NCBI RefSeq assembly: GCF_902459465.1
Contig: NC_047062.1
Span: 17,670,001 to 17,734,000 of the forward strand
Length of the DNA: 64,000 nt
Direction of reading: 5' to 3'
Source of the DNA: Asterias rubens
Lineage: Eukaryota
Shown here: positions 50,101 to 62,175 of the stretch, in pieces
Position numbering within the stretch: position 1 is the stretch's first letter
How the letters are laid out: each line of letters begins with the position of its first letter
Made by a program: the position numbers and the translations under genes
The notes under the pieces: model-generated
Seen by the model: the letters and a program-made list of their open reading frames with translations, nothing else
The model's database searches: none
What the model was told of the DNA's origin: nothing

Positions 50101-53100
50101 TCCAATCAGTGCAGTCTATGGGCGCCATAACCATGCTCATCTCACTGTTTCTCTGTATCCTTTTATAATTGTTTTTTTTTAAATTGTTAAAGACGAAAAA
50201 TATTGTGCCGTCTTTGTTTTAAAATGCTACTCCTTCTCTCCACGGTATAGTGATTAAATAAATTGAATTTATATGAATTCTTGTAACATCTACGACTTTA
50301 TTCGTTGGGTATCCTCTTTGTGTTCTTTTATAGATTACTCTTGAGTTTGAATTGAAAATAAATTTAATGTATTATGTTTCATGACAGGATAGCGTTACCG
50401 CGTAACGGTTCTCAGATTGTGTATTCATAGGATTATTCTTTATACGTCGACATTTTTTTCGCTCTGGATTTTTTGCGATATCTCGAAAACGCGACCCCTT
50501 TTGAAAACGAAATTTTCAGATGCTTTGTGTTATTAGAACAATGTTTATTCTTGTTTTTTTTTAAGAGTGAAAAACGCCAATTCCATCAAATTGCACCCCA
50601 AGCATTTATTTTTTATTTTGTTCATGAATTCCATCGGCCCCATGCTTGGTGTAACGGATAGCACTCGTAACTTGAATCTCGTGATCCGAATTCAAATCTC
50701 TGTGGGACCTTCAGTCTCTCAAAATTTATGTCGCAGAAAAAGGCCCCGTATTTTTTTTTTTTTTTTTTGTGGATTGATAATTCCTTGGAATAATTTTTAC
50801 CGCAGGTATTAAAGAGTTAAAAAGACAACATTATGCATAAAATTACAAACTTGTGAAAATTTGAGCTCAATCCGTCGTCGAGTTGCGAGATAATAATGAA
50901 ATAAAAAACACCCTTGTCACACGAAGTTGTGTGCTTTCAGATGCTTGATTTCGAGACCTCGAATTCTAAATCTGAGGTCTCGAAATCAAATTCGTGGAAA
51001 ATTACTTCTTTCTCGACTACGTTACTGCAGAGGGAGCCGTTTCTCACAATGTTTTACTATCAACCTCTCCCCATTATTCGTTACCAAGTAAGGTTTTATG
51101 CTAGCTAATTATTTTGAGTAATTAACAACAGTGTCCACTGCCAATTAATATTTGTCATTAAAATTGCCGCTGAAAATGATACTGAAAGAAAATAAATGCA
51201 GCAATTAGTTCGGCAAAACATAATTTAAAAAAAACTGAAGGTCCCACCGAGATTTGAACTCGGATCGCGAGATTCAAAGTCTCGAGTGCTAACCGTTACA
51301 CCATGGGGCCGATGGAATGGGTGAGTAACTGCACCAAAACTCACAATGCGATATGTCTTACTTGCTTAAAACACAAAACAATTCAAACTGTACTCCTGCT
51401 CGAAAGAAATACACAGAAAGGACCAGAACGCACAAGCGAGGTTATTTTATCAACAACAAACTTTCAGGGTCATTGAGGATCGAGCAGGCCTCTTGACCAC
51501 GACTTCGCTATCACACTTGCACCCCTCTCCATAAGTTGCGCTTACTCAAACAACCGAAGGATTTTACAAGTTCAAAACTGTTTCTTTTTGCTCAAAATAA
51601 AATACAGAAACACTCAAAAGAGCACACATTTGATAATTAATCGGCCCCATGGTGTAACGGTTAGCACTCGAGACTCTGAATCTTGCGATCCGAGTTCAAA
51701 TCTCCGTGGGACCTTCATTTTTTTAAATTTATTTTGCGAAATATAGGGATATTGAGTTTAACAACTCGTATAATTTTTCATCGGAAGTCTTTTTATTATA
51801 TAATCTATTCGACCAGAAGGACACAAAACGTACAAAAACATGTATAACAGCACAACATAATAAAATATGTACAAAATAAAATAAAAGCAAACATAAGAAG
51901 TACACCTATTAATAATATAAACTTACACGGGCACTAACCGAAGACGAACCAAAATGCAAAGAATAAAACAAAAGAAACGGCTATGTGGGGGTCAGGGGCT
52001 GCAAAATTAGAATGAACCACTATTACCCGCAGTATATAAAGCCCCACAAAACTGTTTTGAAATCGTTTTTACTGCAGGTATTGTCCCTTTAATATTGTTT
52101 GAAAACAAGATAAGCGATAACAAAATTTGAAATCTAAAATTAATTTAGGCGCCAGAACAGGACAGGGCAGTAAAAATGGTTTTAAAACATTAACAATATA
52201 TATTATATATCAAGGAGTTAAAGGCAGTGGACACTATTGGTAATTACTCAAAATAATTATTAGCATAAAACCTTACTTGGTAACAAGTAATGAGTAGAGG
52301 TTGATAGTATAAACATTGTGAGAAACGGCTCCCTCTGAGGTGACGTGGTTTTCGAGAAAGAAGTAATTTTACACGAATAATATGATTTCGAGACCTCAAG
52401 TAAGTTTAGAATTTGAGGTCTCGAAATCAAGCATATGAAAGCACACAACTTGGTGTGACACGGGCGTTTTTTCTTCCATAGTTATCTCGCAACTCCGACG
52501 ACCAATCGAGCTCAAATTTTCACAGGTTTGTTATTTTATGCATATGTTGAGAAACACCAAGTGAGAAGACTGGTCTTTGACAATTACCAATAGTGTCCAC
52601 TGTCTTTAGGACAACCTTGACAAATAAATAGTATGCCTGAAGACCTAAAAACAAGAGGACAGTTTAGAATAATGGCAAAGAGTGAATCCACACATCTGAG
52701 ATGAATCTTAGATCCATCCTCTTTGAAACACACTAAGCAGTACAATAAAAGCGACCACGAAGGGATTCGAACCCCCAATCTTCCGATCAGAAGTCAGACG
52801 CCTTATCCATTATAGGCCATGCACGCGGCCGATATAATCATTTTGATGGTGGAACTAAAACAGCGTTGGGACCAGGCCCGCTTCAGGGCCCCTGCAACTT
52901 TAGTTTAAACGTGTCATTGACAAAATATTCTAAACGCGAAGAGAAGATGATGAAGAAATTTCAGTTCTAGATGTGGGAGGAAACCCTCCGAACCTTTACG
53001 TGTTATCTTTTGAACTTGTAATATTTCGGTTTCTGGCCTTCCCACCACCAGCGACCGGACTACAACCAAAGTCATAACCGATTCCTTACAATTACTAACG

Positions 53101-56100
53101 ATTTCTAACAATTACTAACGACTTCCTAACAACCCTAACCACTTCCTAACGATTCCTAACCAATTCCTAACGATTCCTAATGATTCATAATCAATTCTTA
53201 ACAATGTCCAACCAATTCCTAATCAATTCCAAACACCTAACCAATTCCTAATGATTCCTAACCAATTCCTAACCACTCATAATGATTCCTAACAAATTCC
53301 TAACAACTTCATCTTCCCGAAGTTTGCGTAAAAACCACCGATTTGGGGCGTTGTAGGATTTCCAATTACATCTGGCTCTTGGCGACGGGGGTCCGCGATT
53401 CGCCCCTCCCGGCCGAATGCCTGGTCCGATTCGGTCAGAACTTTCGCACACGAGAGAGGACGTACCCATAATGATTCCTAACCAATTCTTAACCACTTCC
53501 TAATGATTCCTAACCAATTCCTAACCGTCCGACCAATTCCTAACAACGTCCGACCAATTCCTAACGATTCCTAACCAATTCCTAACGATTCCTAACCAAT
53601 TCCTAACAAGTGCTTACCAATTCCTAACGACTCTCCTAACCAATTCCTTACGATTCCCAACCTATTCCTTACGAGTGCTAACCAATTCATAGCGATTCCT
53701 AACGATTCCAACGACTCCTAATAACCAATTCCTAACAAGTGCTAACCAATTCCTAACGATTTCTAACACGTCCAACCAATTCCAAACGATTCCTAACCAC
53801 TAACGATTCCTAACCAATTCCTAACAAGTGCTACCAATTCCTTTACGATGCCTAACCAATTCCTAACCAATTCCTAACAAGTGCTACCAATTCCTTTACG
53901 ATGCCTAACCAATTCCTAACCAATTCCTAACAAGTGCTACCAATTCCTTTACGATGCCTAACCAATTCCTAACCAATTCCTAACAAGTGCTACCAATTCC
54001 TTTACGATTCCTTACCAATTCTTAACAAGTGCTATCCAATTCCTAACGATTCCTAAATCGTCCTAACAATTCCCAACCAATTCCAAACGATCCCTAACCA
54101 ATCTCGGAAAACAAACATTTTGTCATCTAAATTGCCGATAAAATGACAAAAGTTTCCGAATGCATTCAGCAATAATTATAGTTTGCCAAAAGATGACTTA
54201 AATGAAGCTCCCATAGAGATTTAAACTCGGATCGCGAGATTATAAATCTCGAGTGCCAACCGTTACACCATGGGCCGATGGAATGAAGGATTCATTCATT
54301 CATTCATTCAGTCGATGCGGAGCATCGGATGATGGCCCTCCAAACACGTTGGTCCTCCATTGCTGTACGTAGCTCTTCCCGACGCAGTCCAGAGTCCCGG
54401 CACAAGGTGTCCACATAGGTGGTTTGCGGTCTACCTCGGGAACAGTGACCTTGAGTAGGGGCCCAAAGCACAAGCTTGCTCGCTGCCAGCTCATCATGTC
54501 TGAGACAATGACCTGCTAGTCTCAGCCTTCTTGCCATAATCTTGGTGCTAACTCTCGGCAGCCCACCGTAGAGCTCCAGGTTTGTGACATGCCTCTCCCA
54601 ATGAATCTGTTTAACAGAGCGAAGCATTCTCGTATAGCAGCCGTCCAGTCTCTTCTCTAGACGACTGGCTAGTGTCCAGGACTCACATCCATAAAGCAGT
54701 ACTGATTCCACAGTGGCAGTAAAGAACTTCACCTTCAGGGACTGGGACATCTGACTTGACCATTTATGTTCTTCATGGAGTTAAGTGCCTTCATGGAGTT
54801 AAATGAAGGATTAATTAATCAAATATCACAAAGCGAAAGTGATGTACCGATTTGCTTGTTTCTGTTCATATTTACCGCTGATGGGGTGAAAAACACAAAC
54901 ATTTCCGAAAGGATCCGCCGATCGAACAAACACAGGTTGGGGGCTCTTGCGCAGGCCTTTTGCACAACAATGCACACTCGTCGCTTATAGGAACGTTATT
55001 AGAATCACCTCATTCATTAAAAAGTTCATAAGATCACACAAAGGCAATAGTTTTTCTTGTATTCCATCGGCCCCATGGTGTAACGGTTAGCACTCGAGAC
55101 TCTGAATCTCGCGATCCGAGTTCAAATCTCGGTGGGACCTTCAGTTTTCAAAATGTATTTTGCAAAATAATCATAAACACTTTGGCCTATATAGGGATAT
55201 TGCAGTTTAACAAATTGTAAACATTTTTAACGGAAATTTTAATGAAGAAGTGTTTTAAAATCATTTTTACCGCAGGCATTGTCCCTTTAATATTATTTTA
55301 AAACAAGATCAGCGAAAAAGAAGGAGGAAAAAAAAGATCGACCGCGAAGGGACTCGAACCCTCAATCTTCCGATTCGAAGTCGGACGCCTTATCCATTAG
55401 GCCACGCGGCCTGCGTAGCATAACTATGTTAAAATGCCGCAAACAACGTAAACGCACAGAGGTCACTAAATTGATAAAATGCGACACATATGACATAAAG
55501 ATTCTTTAATATTTTGTCCAACACTTCAAACTGATTTTCAAAGTCGGCCGACACAGGCCTAGTGCTTACAAAGAACAAGAGTTACTCAATAGGCTCTAAA
55601 TTATTGAGAAAACGCAGAAAGCTACAATATTATATTTGATATTTTAGGTAGTTACTTCATGGAGGTAGCCTCCATGGTTACTTATAGTTAAATATAAAGT
55701 TGTGACCTATATTTTTCTTTCTATGAAACAATAAATTATCGATTATTTGAATTGGTAAAGAAAGGTACAATGTTACCCTTGAACCAAACCGTGAAATATG
55801 ACGATTGAAACAAGAACCTATTGATGTTAAGTTCAATTTCTGTGAGGTGAAAATATACCTCACTGAGAACAAATCTTTAAAACACTAAGGTATAGCATTT
55901 TTTTTAAGGATACGTCATTTTTGTTGCTCACCACTCTAAATACTTTTGGGTTTGAATTGACCCGGATGCGGGTCACGTGGGCCTGACCCATTTCGGGGTC
56001 AGTATGGCCCAAAATCTGAATCAACATGATCTAGAATTGGGCCAAATGACACTGAGAACAAGTCTAAGTAACACTGGTCATAACATTTTTGCAAGGACGT

Positions 56101-59100
56101 CTACTGTTTGGCTAATCTAACCACTCTTAACACTTTCGAGTCTGAGTTGACCCGGATATAGGGGTCACCTGACTCATATCGGAGTCAGTATGGCCCAAAA
56201 TCTGAATCAACATGACCTAGAATTTGGTCAAACTGAAGCAAGGGGTTACAGGAAGGGTTTTACAATCCAACTTTTTTGCGCTCAAAGGATAACACAGAAA
56301 TGTTCGCCATTTTGTCAGCACTTTGAAATGTTCTGCAATGTTACCATTGAACCATAAAACATGACGATTGAAAAAAGAGCCTATTTATTTCAAGTTCGAT
56401 TTCAGTGGTGAGGTGAAAATAGACCTCCACTGGGAACAAGTCTTAGTTACACTAAGGCATAACATTTTTTGCAAGGATACGTCTTGCTTTGCTCACCACT
56501 CTTAAAACTTTGAGTTCACCCTGTGCGGTTCACCTGACCCATTTCTGGGTCAGTATGGCCCAGAATCTGATTCAAAATGACCTATAATTGGGTCAAACTG
56601 AAGCAGTGGTTTACAAGAAGGGTTTTAAAAGTTCAAACTTTTTTGCTCAAAGGATAACACAGAAATGCCCAGAGGCAATACTTTGGCTTATGTTCCATCG
56701 GCCCCATGGTGTAACGGTTAGCACTCGAGACTCTGAATCTCGCGATCCGAGTTCAAATCTCGGTGGGACCTTGAGTTTTTCGAAATTTATTTTGCCAATA
56801 TAATTGTCGAGTTCAACAACTTGTGTGATTTTTTTATCGGAGGCTTTAGTAAAATTGTGTGTGTGTTTTGAAATCAATGAGTAAATGTCAATGATTATGA
56901 GGTTAAAAATTTCATTCTGATTTTTTTTTGAGAATGTTTGAGAGAAATGGAAAGATTCCTCAACTCTTTTTATCGTCAGATATGTTTGCCGTGATTGGCA
57001 GAGGTCTGTATGCCGATGTAGACCCGAAGCGATTTGGTAACCTCGGCTCGGCGATGTTCACACTCTTTCAGCTTCTAACGTTGGACGACTGGTTCTACAT
57101 CTACTCGGATGCCGTCGCCAAAGACCCAGGTCTGTATGAGTGTAAAACGTTCATATCATGGAAACATGATGGCCTTGAATTACAAAGAGGCCATGATACT
57201 TTAGGGGACACGAGGGGACAAAGACATATTTATCAGGCATTCACTTTGTATAGAACCTTTCATATGCGTTTTTAACCATTTTTTGTTCGGGGGGGGGGGG
57301 TGGTATCATGGTTCCAGCGGGCTCCCTCCCCTGAGGTTACGCCATTATCCTGACGCCAATTAAAAGTTCGCGAAGACTTTAGATTTATTTAACGGAAATA
57401 TAATGTTGCATGCCTTTTTTCCGTTTTGCAGGTTACTTTCACATCATCTTCTTTCTGGTACTGTACATTGCACTGGAGTACTTCATATTTCTGAAGTAAG
57501 TATTAACCCATGCACAACTTTATACATTATACATAGGCCTACGCAGTTAAACATATTTTTGGGGCACTGAAATTGCCTTAAAGGGAAGTTAAGCCAGTAA
57601 AATGATTGGGCCTAAACAGTATTGTTCCCACGTTAATGTATATTAAACAAGACGGAACTGCTTTAAATTGTCATACCTTTACGGAGGATGTTTTTTATGT
57701 TTCAAATCAGAGCAAAGAAATTGTAAACGAACTTGTTTTCTTTAATTTTCACTCAACAAATGATTAAATTGACTTTTGCTTAGCTTATTCGTTGCTGTAC
57801 TGGTGGATAACTTTCAGCTGACCCTGGAGGCAGCAGCGGCAAAGGAAGCTGAACGCAAGGAAGCTGTGGTGAATATAACTTCAAATCATGAATGATATTC
57901 AATTATGGTTATAATCCACGTTCAATCAGCTGCAAAATATGCAAACATTTCACTTATCATAATCCTGTATGTATATAGACGACACACAAAAATGAAACCC
58001 CTTAATTTGTTTTCTTTAAATGAGCATGCAAGCACATGGCACGTGGACAAATTCAAACCCAACGTTAAATACCGTTAAATTTGCATTGCCACTGGCTTGG
58101 GGTTAGTTTAGACAGGTACCATAGCATCGTACTCCAAACACAATTAGGATGAGACGAGTCAGGATTCAATTATCAGGAGAGAATTTTACCATGGCTTGGA
58201 CCATAGAGCAATGCTTGGACCATAATATCCGATCTTAACCAATTCGATTAATTCCTTTATAGATATTGGAAGAGGAAGAGCCAGACGACGACCATCCACA
58301 TGTTCAACCTGCTTTAGGTCAGGATATTCGTTCCCCAAAATAATTGATTTTATCTTTTGAAATAAATAACAAATATTCGACTGACTCAAAATTACAATGT
58401 TAGTTCTGAAAGGAAATGCACACAATTTCGAGGGATATTTTGTGTGATTATATACTACCAATGTTCCACTAGATTATTCAACTAGATGCTTAATAAATTG
58501 TTCTTACCACATACTCAAGCCTGATGAGATGTAGAACAAGGCCATTTTAATAACCTTTCCAATTGCATCTCTTTGGAACTTCTTGCCTGGTGCATGCTGT
58601 GACCAATCATGTCAAATTTAAATTAGGAACATTGATTCCTAATTCAGCTTTCCTAAGTTTGTATGTCTCAGTTTTCTCCCAAGTGTGTGCTGCTGATGAC
58701 CTTCTTTGGGGCGATCTTGTCTAAAATATCAACAAATTATAAATAGTGGAAGTCCCGAGTTGTTATAATTATTTTACTCTCTCCTTTTTCGTTTTTACTT
58801 ACAGTCGATACTGTGTCTTCAGAAGACCTCTTCAAAACCAAGAAAAGCTTTGATGATTATTATGCACAGAATGAATACTCAGACATGTAAGGATGTGATA
58901 AGTATACAGCGGACCTCACAAGTCCGTAACAGCGCCCTTACTATAGCTGAGGTCAATGAACAACTATGATTGGTTGGAAGTTGTGCCCAACGCGGACTAT
59001 CATTATCGATGATTGTTAATTACAGACTAAATACTCAGAAACTAGGAAGTTGTAAGTATTACACAGTACGTGGTTACCCAAAGGATGTATTTAAGTAGAG

Positions 59101-60118
59101 CTTAATTTACTGGCATTGCATAGGTTGGACCAGTGATTTATTTGCAGCGATAACGAAAATAATAACGATCACGACGCAAAGAGAACGCATTCTATTGGTT
59201 GAAATGCTCCAATCAAAACACGCCCACGGACGTACATTCAACTAATCGAGGCCTGTGTGACCGGGCCTGTACACCATCTTGGGACCCCAGTCCCAATCAT
59301 GGAGTGGAGTGGAGCCTTGCATGCGAATTGGGTTTTCGCCTCTACACCCAAATGCATAGGTCTCCCTATTTGTGGTTCCCTCCCGCTTCTGAAGCCGACA
59401 TTTGTTAAACATTTTCCTTACATTACACAGGTTGCTTCAGGCCTTTGAGGGTCCATTGGTTTCTTACCAAAATACTTTTCTAACAATTACGATAGTATGG
59501 GAACCAACAAAATAAACTGATTTCCTTTATACCCAAATATCGAATAAATAACTGATTTATTTATGTGATCGATTTTCTGAACAGTGACAGACAGTATTTG
59601 GCACACTGCTTCCGTTTGTTGGCATCATTGGATTATAATGGGAACTTAGCCAGAAACCAGCAAGGGACACTGGATCAAATACTTGAAGTGGTCCAAGAGG
59701 CAAGTTAGATTTTCCTTGACAGTTTTTCTTAGAATGATTTCAGAGAATTTGCATCAAGGGCTAAAACCAGACTTACTAAACAAATCTCATTTCAAGTTGT
59801 TGGCAAATCACATCTTAATGCCACATGCCCAACCTGGAATAAAATTTTTGAAAGGGCAAAGCAATTTTCATTGGGAAATCTTTCAGTCTATGGGGATCAA
59901 GGGTCACCAAGGCCATTAAAGAGCCCACTAGCAGGCCTGTCATTTTCATCTAGGAGAGGGCAAGGTCATTTCCATTCTTCAAAGGGCACTTCCATTGGAG
60001 AATCAAGCCCATGGGCAATTTTTGAAGGCCTGCATATTTATTAATGATCTGACGATACCACAAGATTGAATAAATAATGTATCTTGCTGTTTATTTGCAG
60101 ACGACTGATGATGCTTGA
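47109..60118 (+). CDS. CATSPER1: CatSper1-like sperm cation channel pore-forming subunit, about 465 aa
   Basis: Exons 47109-47366, 47823-48048, 48901-49014, 49692-49830, 50063-50154, 56980-57129, 57432-57495, 57784-57868, 58263-58317, 58805-58886, 59585-59699, 60101-60118; phases consistent. S4 RAMRALRALRVLRTVR, pore LTLDDW (the CatSper1 filter), S6 EYFIFLNLFVAVLVDNFQ, C-terminal helix YLAHCFRLLASLD. Start codon and last exon are less certain. Confidence 0.9.
48086..48467 (+). mobile_element. MITE family 1, diverged copy
   Basis: Colinear with 43295-43680. Confidence 0.8.
48610..48760 (-). mobile_element. tRNA-derived SINE, family B (degenerate)
   Basis: Similar to 33573-33733. Confidence 0.6.
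49113..49184 (+). tRNA. tRNA-Gln (TTG)
   Basis: 72 nt GGCCCCATGGTGTAATGGTTAGCACTCGAGACTTTGAATCTCGCGATCCGAGTTCAAATCTCGGTGGGACCT; intact cloverleaf, T4 downstream. Confidence 0.95.
49558..49635. repeat. Perfect 78-bp palindrome (38-bp arms, 2-nt centre)
   Basis: Checked base by base; begins and ends with TTAA. Confidence 0.97.
50636..50710 (+). pseudogene. tRNA-Gln pseudogene
   Basis: Insertion in the D arm, disrupted anticodon stem, T-arm mismatches. Confidence 0.85.
50840..51145 (-). mobile_element. MITE family 1, partial
   Basis: Reverse complement of the family consensus. Confidence 0.8.
51239..51310 (-). tRNA. tRNA-Gln (TTG)
   Basis: Intact 72-nt gene; poly-T terminator on the - strand. 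Confidence 0.95.
51643..51714 (+). tRNA. tRNA-Gln (CTG), one T-stem mismatch
   Basis: 72 nt; G:U pair in the anticodon stem, C:C mismatch in the T stem; T-run terminator. Confidence 0.75.
52218..52608 (+). mobile_element. MITE family 1, full length
   Basis: TTAAAGGCAGTGGACACTATTGG...CCAATAGTGTCCACTGTCTTTAG. Confidence 0.9.
52752..52830 (-). pseudogene. tRNA-Arg pseudogene (TCG-type body, anticodon reads TCT)
   Basis: Paralog of 55339-55411 with small insertions in the acceptor/D region. Confidence 0.8.
53085..54105. repeat. Minisatellite of about 11-bp CCAATTCCTAA / CGATTCCTAA units with a 53-bp higher-order repeat, interrupted by a unique island (about 53310-53465)
   Basis: Higher-order units start at 53821, 53874, 53927 and 53980. 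Confidence 0.95.
54206..54276 (-). pseudogene. tRNA-Gln pseudogene
   Basis: Degenerate acceptor stem, anticodon loop and T arm; abuts an RTE insertion. Confidence 0.8.
54293..54801 (-). mobile_element. 5'-truncated RTE-clade LINE with (TGAA)n tail and 11-bp TSD
   Basis: Open ORF 54304-54750 (ATVESVLLYGCESW...LDGCYTRMLR...RRLRLAGHCLR...RGRPQTTY...WRAII) is typical of RTE ORF C-termini; AATGAAGGATT at 54282-54292 and 54802-54812. Confidence 0.9.
55069..55140 (+). tRNA. tRNA-Gln (CTG)
   Basis: Intact 72-nt cloverleaf, TTTT terminator. Confidence 0.96.
55339..55411 (-). tRNA. tRNA-Arg (TCG)
   Basis: GGCCGCGTGGCCTAATGGATAAGGCGTCCGACTTCGAATCGGAAGATTGAGGGTTCGAGTCCCTTCGCGGTCG, 73 nt, T-run terminator. 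Confidence 0.96.
55790..56670. repeat. Three degenerate direct repeats of about 200-300 bp
   Basis: GTCAGTATGGCCCA(A/G)AATCTGA and ACCACTCT recur three times; CTCAAAGGATAACACAGAAATG twice. Confidence 0.8.
56700..56771 (+). tRNA. tRNA-Gln (CTG)
   Basis: Identical to 55069-55140; T5 terminator. Confidence 0.96.
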
Positions 60119-61794
60119 CCATTTTATGAATTGAAGACCTGGGAGGGGCATGTCACCACACCCGCTGGATCCAACCCCAAGTATAGATTGTACTTGCAGG
60201 TGTTATCAAAAGTTTACATGGAGGTTGTACAAAAGTTTCCACTGATGAAAGGGAAAGAGGGGCAATTTGGTTCAGTTCACTTCTGAACGCTTTATAACCT
60301 CACCCCAAACCAATTGTTTTCCCAGTTGTTGGAACCAGTTTCTTAAAGCTGCTTAAAAGCAAGAAATGTTTCTGCTAAGCGAAAATAAGCAAGATAAACA
60401 AGCACATATTGTAAATGTGATGTGAAATGCTATTTTGGCTGGTAACCCTATCCTAGTGTGCAAATGTTTTTTGTACTTTTTGTGTTTAAAGCAGCTTTAT
60501 ATAATAAGTCCCTGCTCAGATCCAACATTTTGCAGAATAAACATTTGTTGAATTCGGAATAAGAATACAAATGTTCACCGTTTACCAACTAACAACACAA
60601 AATTTCGAAATACAAAAACAAAGTAATATGATACAATTTTTTTTAATTTGAAGGCAGCTCTTGATGAACAGTTACTTTCTAAACATTTAATAATTAGATT
60701 AAAATTAAATCATTCTTACTTGTTTCCATATGTCTACCAGAACAATGTTAGTGAAACTGTAATGGATTCTAGGCATATATAACCATTTACAAGATTATCA
60801 TAAGTTGTAGCATTGGATTAAAAGTAACTGATACTATTCAAGATAAAAAACTCTTTGCATAAAAGCAAACTTGTAACATCAGCAAACATTGCACATAACA
60901 ATTCCGAACAGTGAAAGTTTTGAACAATTTGTTCACATAACTGTACTTTCAAAGGACTTATGTATTCCAAATAACTTCACTTGTAAATTATTTGAATGAA
61001 AATTCTGTACATTTTTTTATTTGACATCTTTAACTTAATTACACTTGCTCCTTGATTAACATTCAATGATGAAATGAGTTGTATTCATGGAAACTTCACT
61101 GCCTTCTTTTTCACTTACTAGTTGGGCATCACTCTCATCCATGAAGAGACATCACTGGAGAATGGCCAAACACTTTCTTGGACTTATTTGTCATCTTTGT
61201 TTTGAAAGGGAGAAAAAAATGTTAAAGTTAAAGGAGCACATGTTCATATAGTCACTACGAGGTGCTATTGACAGAAGCACATAAGGCTCTCTAGGAGCAT
61301 GTTGTCCCAGCCGGGCCGAAGATTGTAAGCAATAAAATGGCTACTTAAAAAAAAGAGATAAAGAAATTTTTAAAAAGTGCATAATTGGTGCATGTTTGTT
61401 GCTAAAATGTTTCCCTTTAAAAGAGATATTTTTCAATTCGCATGCAGAGTTTATCTGTATAACAATGTCAAGAGCCAAGAAGAGCTTGGAATTTTCACAG
61501 TCAGTTGCCTTGAAACACAATTCTGAGCATTACAACCTTTTGATGTGCATATCCCTCTGATGGGCATGTCATCCTAAACAAGAATTTCTGATTTTATTCC
61601 ATGGGGTAAAAGAAAAAAAATCATAATTAATGCTGGTGTATCTGTCTTCCATGTAGTTATATGGCAACTGAGTTGATGAAATGAGTAAGGAATAAATAGT
61701 AATGAAAGTTGTCCAAGCAAAATCCAAATAATTCAACCATATGAAAATGAATGGATAATGAAACCACTTACCAGAAGCCAAGTTAGTCAACAAA

Positions 61795-62175
61795 ATTCAA
61801 AAGTTAACTTTGCCATGTTAAGATACGCTGTTTGAAGACGAGAACAAAATTAGAGCCCTGTTATTTACATGAACAAACATTTCAGTAAAGCATACCAGTA
61901 CAGCGTCATATGAAAATAATTGGATATCGAAACAACTTACTCAAAAACAAATTAATACCAAATTATACAAAGTTAACTTTGCCATGTTATAATAATATAT
62001 AAGAGAAGACAATAACAAAGTAGATAAGTTTACCCTTTACATTTAAACATTTCAGTAAAGCAACATATGAAAATTATTAGATACAGAACAATTTACTCAA
62101 ACTCTAGTTAATCCACAAAAATACAAAGTTAACTTTGCCCTGTGAGGATAAGCTGTTTGAAGAAAAGAACAAAAG
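61795..62175. repeat. Three degenerate direct repeats of about 160 bp
   Basis: AAAGTTAACTTTGCC recurs at about 61800, 61970 and 62125. Confidence 0.75.

Larger units (their letters stand above)
50155..56979 (+). other. U12-type (minor spliceosome) GT-AG intron of CatSper1
   Basis: 5' site GTATCCTTT; branch-like TTCCTCAAC at 56956-56964 shortly upstream of the CAG; flanking exon phases match (T|AT = Tyr). Confidence 0.85.
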
